Source: an uncultured Verrucomicrobiales bacterium
Lineage (GTDB): Bacteria; Verrucomicrobiota; Verrucomicrobiia; Verrucomicrobiales; Akkermansiaceae
Length of the DNA stretch: 49,237 nt
NCBI GenBank assembly: GCA_964021555.1
Contig: CAXIBU010000001.1
Coordinates: forward strand, 1 to 49,237
Direction: 5' to 3'
The translations under genes were made by a program, and so were the position numbers. The notes beneath the pieces were generated by a model, which was not told the origin of the DNA, ran no database searches, and saw only the letters and a list, made by a program, of their open reading frames with translations. This document shows positions 35,982-43,219 of this stretch, in pieces; positions within the stretch are counted from its first letter, which is position 1; each line of letters begins with the position of its first letter.

Positions 35982-38024
35982 TTAGTCCAATTTCAGATCC
36001 TGCTGCTCATCGCCGGCCTTTTCGGCCAGGTCCTGCAGCGTGTCTTCGGCGACTTCCTTGCTCGCTTGAACGACGCGGTCGATCTCATGCTTTACCAGGA
36101 TATTGCCCTTGGCCGCACGGCCTTTGACGCCAACTTCAGAGAAGGCAAAGGGTCGGGAGAGCTTCTTCAATCGCATCGCCGGCTTCAAGTGCACCACCAG
36201 GACCTGCTTGGCGCTCTCCTCCTCGTTCGGGTGAACGGAGAAATGGAAAATTCGCGTGCCGGGGGTGCCCTTGGTTAGCTCGTATTCTTTATCGCGGGTC
36301 ACCCCGCCGACGACGAATCGCTTGGCCATCAGCGGCCCTTTGCGCCCGTCGCGATAGATCATGTTATAGACTAGCTCCTCATCCTTGCGGAAGATCTGCA
36401 GGTGAATCGGGCGTTTGCCGACGAAGAACTTCTCCGCCACCTTCATCACCTTAAGCTTACCATCTGGCGTGACCACGATGACGTCATCAAGGTCAGAGCA
36501 TTTTTCGATAGGCTCCTCTTTCTTGAGACCGTAGCCAGCAAAGCCATTTTTGCTATCCAGATAGAGCATCTCATTGGCTACTGCAACCTCCGCGCGGCTG
36601 ACCTGCTCGAAGCCGTCAGTGTCGATCACAGTGCGTCGCTCGCGGCCTTTACCGTATTTCTTCTTCAGGTTCTCGAAGTAGCGAATGGCATATCGAGTGA
36701 GACCGCGCAGGTGCTTCTCGACTTCTTCAATATCAGCCTCGAGCCCTTTGATCAGCTCGTCCGCCTTGAATTTGTCGAATTTCGAAATTCGCTTAATCTT
36801 AATCTCGGTGAGGCGGACGATGTCATCGACCGTCACTTCACGGACCAGCATCTTGGTGAATGGCTTGAGGCCGTCATCGATTGCCTTGATCACGGCCTCC
36901 CAAGTCTCGCACTCCTCGATATCGCGGTAAATTCGCTCTTCGATGAAGATCTTTTCAAGCGATGAAAAGTGCCACTTTTCCTTCAGCTCACCGAGGCGGA
37001 TCTCCAGCTCTTGGCGGAGGAAGTCCTTGGTCTGCTCAGCACTCAGGCGAACCATCTCAGACACCCCGATGAAACGCGGCTTGTCCTCAAAAATCACACA
37101 AGCATTCGGCGAGATCGATACCTCACAATCCGTGAAGGCAAACAAGGCCATGCGCATCTGCTCAGGATCAGACTTTGCGGGCAAGTGAACCAAAATATCG
37201 GCCCCGCCTGCTGTATTGTCCTCGATCTTGGAAATCTTGATCTTACCCTTCTCGTTGGCCGAGACGATGCTATCCATCAAGCTACCAGTGGTCACGCCAG
37301 CTGGGACCTCGACGATGCGTAGCAGCTTATTGCTCTCGACCTCAATTTTCGCCCTGACTTTGATTCGCCCACCGCGTAGCCCGTCTTTGTAGTCGGAGGC
37401 ATCCATCGTCCCGCCAGTGAGGAAGTCGGGATAAAGTTCAAAAGTCTGCTTCCTGAGTGCCGCGATTGAGGCATCGATCAGCTCGACAAAGTTATGCGGC
37501 AAAATCTTGCAAGCCAGGCCCACAGCAATCCCTTCGGCTCCTTGAGCCAAGAGCAGTGGGAATTTCACCGGCAAGGTCACCGGCTCCTGGTTACGACCGT
37601 CATAGGATAGCTGCCACGGCGTGATTTTCGGGCTGAAGACAACTTCCTTCGCAAATGGAGTCAGTCGAGCCTCGATGTATCGAGAGGCAGCCGCGGGATC
37701 GCCAGTGAGGACGTTGCCCCAGTTACCCTGGGTATCGATCAGAAGCCCCTTCTGACCGATCCCGACCATGGCATCACCGATACTGGCATCGCCATGCGGG
37801 TGGTATTTCATCGTATCCCCCACAACATTCGCCACCTTATTGTAACGACCATCATCCATGCGCTCCAGAGCGTGTAAAATCCGGCGCTGAACGGGCTTCA
37901 GACCGTCAATCAAATGCGGCACGGCCCGCTCAAGAATCACGTAGGAAGCGTAATCCAGAAAATAGTCCGAATACATCCCTTTCACCGAGAGAGGGGCGGT
38001 CGGGATGTCGTTTTCTTCGCTCAT
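35982..38024 (-). CDS. parC: Type IIA DNA topoisomerase subunit A, short ParC-like form
   Basis: LKPVQRRILHAL, KYHPHGDASIGDAMV and the catalytic-Tyr block AAASRYIEARL. At 680 aa the C-terminal domain is short. The family call is firm; ParC versus a GyrA paralog is inference. Confidence 0.8.
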   Translation of the reverse strand: MSEENDIPTAPLSVKGMYSDYFLDYASYVILERAVPHLIDGLKPVQRRILHALERMDDGRYNKVANVVGDTMKYHPHGDASIGDAMVGIGQKGLLIDTQGNWGNVLTGDPAAASRYIEARLTPFAKEVVFSPKITPWQLSYDGRNQEPVTLPVKFPLLLAQGAEGIAVGLACKILPHNFVELIDASIAALRKQTFELYPDFLTGGTMDASDYKDGLRGGRIKVRAKIEVESNKLLRIVEVPAGVTTGSLMDSIVSANEKGKIKISKIEDNTAGGADILVHLPAKSDPEQMRMALFAFTDCEVSISPNACVIFEDKPRFIGVSEMVRLSAEQTKDFLRQELEIRLGELKEKWHFSSLEKIFIEERIYRDIEECETWEAVIKAIDDGLKPFTKMLVREVTVDDIVRLTEIKIKRISKFDKFKADELIKGLEADIEEVEKHLRGLTRYAIRYFENLKKKYGKGRERRTVIDTDGFEQVSRAEVAVANEMLYLDSKNGFAGYGLKKEEPIEKCSDLDDVIVVTPDGKLKVMKVAEKFFVGKRPIHLQIFRKDEELVYNMIYRDGRKGPLMAKRFVVGGVTRDKEYELTKGTPGTRIFHFSVHPNEEESAKQVLVVHLKPAMRLKKLSRPFAFSEVGVKGRAAKGNILVKHEIDRVVQASKEVAEDTLQDLAEKAGDEQQDLKLD

Positions 38025-38156
38025 GATTCTTCGTTCTAGAGCACCCGGTTCAAGTGCTCACCAAGTCTTTAAGAAAACTTAAGCAAGCTGACAACGGAAA
38101 AGCGACAGAACTCTCAATTCAAGGCGAGACATCGTCAAATCGGCAATAATTGCAAG

Positions 38157-38549
38157 CTACCGCGACCGGTAGGGCACCGGGCATGGAGCCACAGGATAAC
38201 AGCGAACACCGCTACCATAGCCGTAGCGCATGCGCTGGGACCATACCGGCACACCGAACCCGAATCCATAACCGCCACCCCAAGCGCCAAAGCCACATCT
38301 GAAGTTATTTCGCCCCCACCTCTGAAATCGAGAGCGCCGGGTGGAGCGAAAACGAGATGCCGTGCTCTCACGAGCATCGCGGGCTCTTTCTCTTTCGACC
38401 CATGCTGGAACGAATTTTTCCTTGTTTGGAGCTTCTTCTCGCATTTGCACCGCCACCATCTCACCGCTGGCATTATACCAGCGCTCGAGCTCGTCAGCTG
38501 ATACCAGACAAGGCAGCGAGAGCACTAGGGATAAAATCATCTGCTTCAT
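38157..38549 (-). CDS. Small secreted Arg-rich / Gly-aromatic protein (hypothetical)
   Basis: Signal peptide MKQMILSLVLSLPCLVSA, a central Arg/Glu-rich stretch, and a C-terminal GFGAWGGGYGFGFGVPVW..YGYGSGV. Confidence 0.5.
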   Translation of the reverse strand: MKQMILSLVLSLPCLVSADELERWYNASGEMVAVQMREEAPNKEKFVPAWVERERARDARESTASRFRSTRRSRFQRWGRNNFRCGFGAWGGGYGFGFGVPVWSQRMRYGYGSGVRCYPVAPCPVPYRSR

Positions 38550-38730
38550 TGCAAAATCCTAACCTTCAAACACTCACCTGACAAGCCAGCTTCGCATTTA
38601 CCTTTTTGCATGGCTCTTTTCACTTTTGCAACGTGAAGCCTTTCTTCGGCTCAGGCAAAGTATGACTATATGGATGCAGGACACAGGCTTGACCTGTCCT
38701 GTCCACCACCAAAACTTACAGAATCGAAAT

Positions 38731-39528
38731 ATGAAACACACTACCTCCATGGGTCTCACCGCGCTTCTGGGCGCGACGGCCTTTATCAGCACCGCTTCGG
38801 CTGCCAACGTAATCGTCAACTCTGGCTTCGACGATGACTCTGGTAATGGATCAACGGCGACTAACCGAACTGAAACAATTAGCGGCTGGGGCAGCACCCG
38901 GATGTATACCCACGCCTACAACGGAACTCAGGGACCTAAGCTTTTCGAAGTTGGCCAGCTGAATTATGGGGTTAACGACGACATTCTCTTGGGCGACACC
39001 GCAGTGACCGACACCTTCAAAGGCGTCGATAACAGCCCATCCCAAACCGTTGATCTGACCAGCGCTCTGCCTGGTAGTGTCATCAGCACCATTGATTCAG
39101 GCTCAGCACCATTCGCCTTCAGTGCATGGATGGCAGGATGGTCTGGCGATGGCAACATTGTCGCCACACGGCTGCAGTTTTTCGGATCGACCGACGGCAG
39201 CGGGTCAGCACTTGGAACCTTCCTACTCGATAGCGGCACGACGACTAATTTCGTGACTTCTGCCGAATTCCTCGTCAACGGCGCAGGAGCTGGTGCGACA
39301 ACCGCAGAGACAGACCCTGATTACTGGCGCCTGTTTGAAATTCAAACCAACGTTCCCGTCGGCGCTCGATCCGCGACAGTCGATTTCGTCGCTGGCACCG
39401 GGCACGTTGCTAATGGTGGTAACGATTGGTATGTCGACAATGTTGTCGTCGATATCGTCCCTGAGCCATCAAGCAGCGCGCTTGTGGGACTTGCAGGCTT
39501 AGGCCTTCTACTGCGCCGCCGCAAGTAA
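38731..39528 (+). CDS. PEP-CTERM-anchored secreted protein
   Basis: I trimmed the ORF to the ATG at 38731 (MKHTTSMGLTALLGATAFISTASA signal peptide). The C-terminal sorting signal is VPEPSSSALVGLAGLGLLLRRRK. Confidence 0.85.
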   Translation: MKHTTSMGLTALLGATAFISTASAANVIVNSGFDDDSGNGSTATNRTETISGWGSTRMYTHAYNGTQGPKLFEVGQLNYGVNDDILLGDTAVTDTFKGVDNSPSQTVDLTSALPGSVISTIDSGSAPFAFSAWMAGWSGDGNIVATRLQFFGSTDGSGSALGTFLLDSGTTTNFVTSAEFLVNGAGAGATTAETDPDYWRLFEIQTNVPVGARSATVDFVAGTGHVANGGNDWYVDNVVVDIVPEPSSSALVGLAGLGLLLRRRK

Positions 39529-39548
39529 GCGGAGCGCCTACCACTTTC

Positions 39549-39582
39549 AAAAGCCCATCCATTCCGTGGATGGGCTTTTTTT
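39549..39582 (+). terminator. Rho-independent terminator after the PEP-CTERM gene
   Basis: AGCCCATCCA-ttccg-TGGATGGGCT followed by a T-run (39577-39582). Confidence 0.8.
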
Positions 39583-39610
39583 ATCTGAGCTTATCCGCTA
39601 CCCTCACGCA

Positions 39611-41149
39611 ATGCCTCCCCGACGCCCTATCGCTTGGACCACCGATGATCTACCCGAACTGCAGAAAGCTCGCGCATTGTGGGATCAGTCGCCAGCTCAA
39701 GCACTTGAGATTTTCGAAAAGACAGCCAAGCGTCATCCTAGAAACCTAACCGCGATCCTGGATGCTGCCCGCGCCCTCGGAACGGCACACGAATTGCCTG
39801 CCGCGCGCTCGCTTTTGCAGCGCGCAGCCACTCAGCTAAGCAAAACACCGCAAGGACTTGAACAGCTCGGTCAATCCTACCGGATGGCTCGCCTGCACGA
39901 GGAAGCCCGCTCCACATTCGAAAAGTCGATCACTGACCCAAACTGCATCGAATCAGCCATCGAATTGGCCATCTTTTACGAACGCCGTCACCAACTAGAA
40001 GACTTCGAACGCGTTCTGGGTCCAGCGCTCAAACGCAATCCCGAGATCCCCGCCCTACAACTCCTGGAAGCCCGCCGACTCTTCCGCCGAGATGAGATGA
40101 ATAAGGCGATCCAGCGCTACCGCGACATTGCCTCCAATGAAAATGCCCACGCCTACCACCGGGCGAGCGCCCTATTCGAATTGGCGAACCTTCAGGACAA
40201 GCAAGGCGATTACAAGGGCGCCTACCAGAGCGCGCTTGAAGCAAAGGACCAGCTACGTCCTATGGCGGAAGGCCTGATCGATCAGAGTGCCAATTTCGAT
40301 GATCAAAACCAGCGCTTGCTCGAGGCCATGACCCCTCAACGATTGGCGAGTTGGCAATCTCAGGCCGAACCCAGCGAGATCACACCGTGTTTCTTCACGG
40401 GATGCCCCCGCTCAGGGACGACGCTATTCGAACGAATGCTCGGGGGGCACCCTCAAGTTCAGGCTTTCGACGAGCTTGATATCTATCCGTATTTTCTATC
40501 TGGCGCCCTACTTCAATCAGCCAGTCCGGAGGCCACCGGCGAGGAAGCCTTGGAGGGCATTCCAAAGTCGTGGCTGAAACGACAAGGCAAGCGATACTGG
40601 AAGCTCTTCGCCAATCACCAGGCACCAAGCAAAGACACCCGCGTCCTGCTCGATAAGAACCCCTCGGCTACGGGCCGCCTACCTGTTTTCTTAAGGATGT
40701 TCCCCCACGCTAAACTTCTCTTCGCCGAGCGGGACCCACGAGACATCGCCATCAGCTGCTTCCTTCGTTTTCTCCCACTAAACCCGGTGAGCGTTGCATT
40801 TCTTGAACCAAACTCGACCATCGGATACGTCTCTCGCGAGCTGACGCTAGGCCTGGAAATGCAAGAGAGGCTCCCCTCCGAAATCTTCTCATCCATCCGC
40901 TACGAAAATTTTGTAAAGTCACCTGCGAAGGAGTGCTCTCGCATCATCGATTTCTTGGGTCTCGATCAAGAAGTCTCCATGCAGGACTACCAAGCATCCA
41001 ACCGCAAGGATCCCGTCAATTCTCCGACCTACCTCGAGGTCACCAAACCCATTCACCAGGGGGCGGTCGATCGGTGGAAAAATTACGAATTTGCCTTCGG
41101 TGAGGCTTTCGAAGGACTATCCAAGCTAACCGAGCGCATGGGATACTGA
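39611..41149 (+). CDS. TPR-repeat sulfotransferase
   Basis: I chose the ATG at 39611, because the GTG at 39566 lies inside the terminator hairpin. The N-terminal half is helical TPR-like. It has a PAPS 5'-phosphate loop FFTGCPRSGTTLFERML and a later RDPRDIAISCF motif. Confidence 0.8.
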   Translation: MPPRRPIAWTTDDLPELQKARALWDQSPAQALEIFEKTAKRHPRNLTAILDAARALGTAHELPAARSLLQRAATQLSKTPQGLEQLGQSYRMARLHEEARSTFEKSITDPNCIESAIELAIFYERRHQLEDFERVLGPALKRNPEIPALQLLEARRLFRRDEMNKAIQRYRDIASNENAHAYHRASALFELANLQDKQGDYKGAYQSALEAKDQLRPMAEGLIDQSANFDDQNQRLLEAMTPQRLASWQSQAEPSEITPCFFTGCPRSGTTLFERMLGGHPQVQAFDELDIYPYFLSGALLQSASPEATGEEALEGIPKSWLKRQGKRYWKLFANHQAPSKDTRVLLDKNPSATGRLPVFLRMFPHAKLLFAERDPRDIAISCFLRFLPLNPVSVAFLEPNSTIGYVSRELTLGLEMQERLPSEIFSSIRYENFVKSPAKECSRIIDFLGLDQEVSMQDYQASNRKDPVNSPTYLEVTKPIHQGAVDRWKNYEFAFGEAFEGLSKLTERMGY

Positions 41150-41263
41150 GCGGCGAGGCTGAACCAACGGCCACAACAAGAAAAAGCAGCAGGAATTTCA
41201 GTCGCTTTCTGAAACCCATCAGGCTATGCGGGGCCTGATTAAACGCCAATCACCAGTCGCACC

Positions 41264-42484
41264 ATGAGCTTCCGCCCACCCAAAAAATTCGTCGCCGAAC
41301 CCTACGAGTATCATCAAGAGATCGAGCTCACCATCGATTCCTTGAGCAACATGGGCCAGGGGGTTGGACGCGACAATGGTTGGGTCGTCTTTGTCCCCTT
41401 CTGCCTGCCTGGCGAAGTCGTGAAGGCCCGCATTTTCCGCAACGACAAGAACTGCTCCACTGCCGATCTAATCGAGATCGTCAAGCCCTCGCCAGATCGG
41501 CTCGAAGCCCCCTGCCCGCTCTTCACTCAATGCGGCGGCTGCCAATACCAACACCTCAGCTACAAAAAACAGCTCGAATGGAAGCGCGATCAGGTCGCCG
41601 AACTGCTGCTGCGCATGGCTCAAATCGAGGCACCGGTCAACGATACCCTGCCCTCCCCGGCCGAATATCACTATCGCTCCAAACTCACGCCGCATTTCCA
41701 AAAGCCCCAGAGCGGCAAGATCACTGACATCGGCTTCCTCAAGATCGGCCGACGCCAGGAGATCATCGACGTCCCGCAGTGCCCAATCGCCATGCAGGAG
41801 ATCAACAGCGCACTGCCGAAACTGCGCGATCAGGCACGGGCTAATGTTAAGAACTACAAACGCGGCGCGACTTTGCTCATGCGGGCCACCGAAGGTCGCG
41901 TCGAGACCAATCCACAAGCCGTCGCCACGGAGAAAGTCGGCGATCTTGAGTTCAATTTCCTCGCTGGCGACTTCTTCCAGAATAACCCCTTCATCCTTCA
42001 AGCCTTCGTCGACTATGCGGGCACCAAAGCATCCGAGGGCAGCTCGCGCTACTTGGTTGATGCCTATTGCGGCTCCGGCCTCTTCGCCCTGAGCCTCGCT
42101 CACCGCTTCGAGAAAGTCTCTGGGGTCGAGGTCAGCGAGACTTCCGCCGACTGGGCACGCCAAAATGCGCGCACCAATAACATCACCAACGCCGACTTCC
42201 TCGCCGCCAGCGCCGAAGCCATTTTCGAACAAATCGACTACCCCGCCGTCGAGACCACCGTGCTCATCGATCCTCCCCGCAAGGGCTGCAACGAGCTCTT
42301 TCTCGATCAGCTTTTCGCCTTCAAGCCCCACCGCGTAGTCTACATCTCCTGCAACCCCGCGACCCAAATTCGCGACCTCGCCCACTTCATCACCGCCGGC
42401 TACCAGCTCGACGATGTCCAACCAGTCGACCTGTTCCCCCAGACCAAGCACCTCGAGTGCATCGCGACGCTGACTTTGAAGTGA
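41264..42484 (+). CDS. TRAM-domain, Fe-S cluster, SAM-dependent RNA (uracil-C5)-methyltransferase (RlmD/RumA family)
   Basis: A TRAM-like N-terminus, cluster cysteines CPLFTQCGGCQYQH plus CPIAM, SAM motif VDAYCGSGLFAL, DPPRKG, and the catalytic Cys in VYISCNPAT. Confidence 0.88.
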   Translation: MSFRPPKKFVAEPYEYHQEIELTIDSLSNMGQGVGRDNGWVVFVPFCLPGEVVKARIFRNDKNCSTADLIEIVKPSPDRLEAPCPLFTQCGGCQYQHLSYKKQLEWKRDQVAELLLRMAQIEAPVNDTLPSPAEYHYRSKLTPHFQKPQSGKITDIGFLKIGRRQEIIDVPQCPIAMQEINSALPKLRDQARANVKNYKRGATLLMRATEGRVETNPQAVATEKVGDLEFNFLAGDFFQNNPFILQAFVDYAGTKASEGSSRYLVDAYCGSGLFALSLAHRFEKVSGVEVSETSADWARQNARTNNITNADFLAASAEAIFEQIDYPAVETTVLIDPPRKGCNELFLDQLFAFKPHRVVYISCNPATQIRDLAHFITAGYQLDDVQPVDLFPQTKHLECIATLTLK

Positions 42485-42499
42485 TCAATATGGAGTGAA

Positions 42500-43132
42500 A
42501 TGAAGACTATATCCTACAGTTTCCTCATTTCGGTCGTCCTTCCATTGCTGATTACCATGGCTCGATCCACGAGAATCGAGGACTTTTTCATCTCCGGAGG
42601 GTGGCTCTTTCCATCTATCATTTGCGGTGCCTTCTGGTTGATCATATTGCTACCGCTATCGGCCACCTTGCACTTCACGCTACGCAAAAGGATCACAAAC
42701 CCACGCCTCACTTGGGTCAGCCTCATCCCTTCACTTTCTTTCGGAGGCTACGTTCTGTTCGTGAGCCTTACCACAACTGATCGAACTCGGTTCAAAAATG
42801 CTTTCGAAGTCGAGCTTCCTGAACAGGTCAATGAACTTAAGGTCTCTCACACCGGCGGGTTCGACCAGCTCCATGTCTATCAGTTCGAGGCTCCCGAAGG
42901 ATTTCTTCAACAGCTCCTCAAACAAAAGAACTACCAGGAAATCGATCACTCTCCACGTCAGAAACTCATCAGAATCCTATACAGCCCGTCGAGCCCTGCT
43001 CAAATCGAACTCCCCCACAGCTCAATCAAACTGAAAGGCTACCAAGCCAGCGACGATGACCGAGGCCTCTATTGGGAACTCTACACCGACGAATCCGAGA
43101 GTTTTATCATCGCGATTTCTTACGACATTTGA
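42500..43132 (+). CDS. Hypothetical membrane protein
   Basis: 3-4 N-terminal TM helices, then a soluble domain of about 110 aa. No recognisable motif. It starts 15 nt after the methyltransferase stop. Confidence 0.45.
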   Translation: MKTISYSFLISVVLPLLITMARSTRIEDFFISGGWLFPSIICGAFWLIILLPLSATLHFTLRKRITNPRLTWVSLIPSLSFGGYVLFVSLTTTDRTRFKNAFEVELPEQVNELKVSHTGGFDQLHVYQFEAPEGFLQQLLKQKNYQEIDHSPRQKLIRILYSPSSPAQIELPHSSIKLKGYQASDDDRGLYWELYTDESESFIIAISYDI

Positions 43133-43219
43133 CTCTTACTATCAAAAGTTTGACCAAATTAACAGGGCCAGACAAAGTCCTCACCTAAAATCTTCACCCT
43201 CTCAAGAATCCCTTCACTC

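Noticed and set aside
39566-39610. GTG start extending the sulfotransferase ORF by 15 codons
   Set aside because: The GTG lies within the stem-loop of the upstream terminator. The ATG at 39611 gives a sensible N-terminus.
41468-42451. 327-aa minus-strand ORF antisense to the RNA methyltransferase gene
   Set aside because: This is a shadow ORF. The plus strand carries coherent TRAM, Fe-S, SAM and catalytic-Cys motifs. The antisense translation is a G/A/E/L/D-rich sequence with no motif, which is typical of GC-rich antisense frames.
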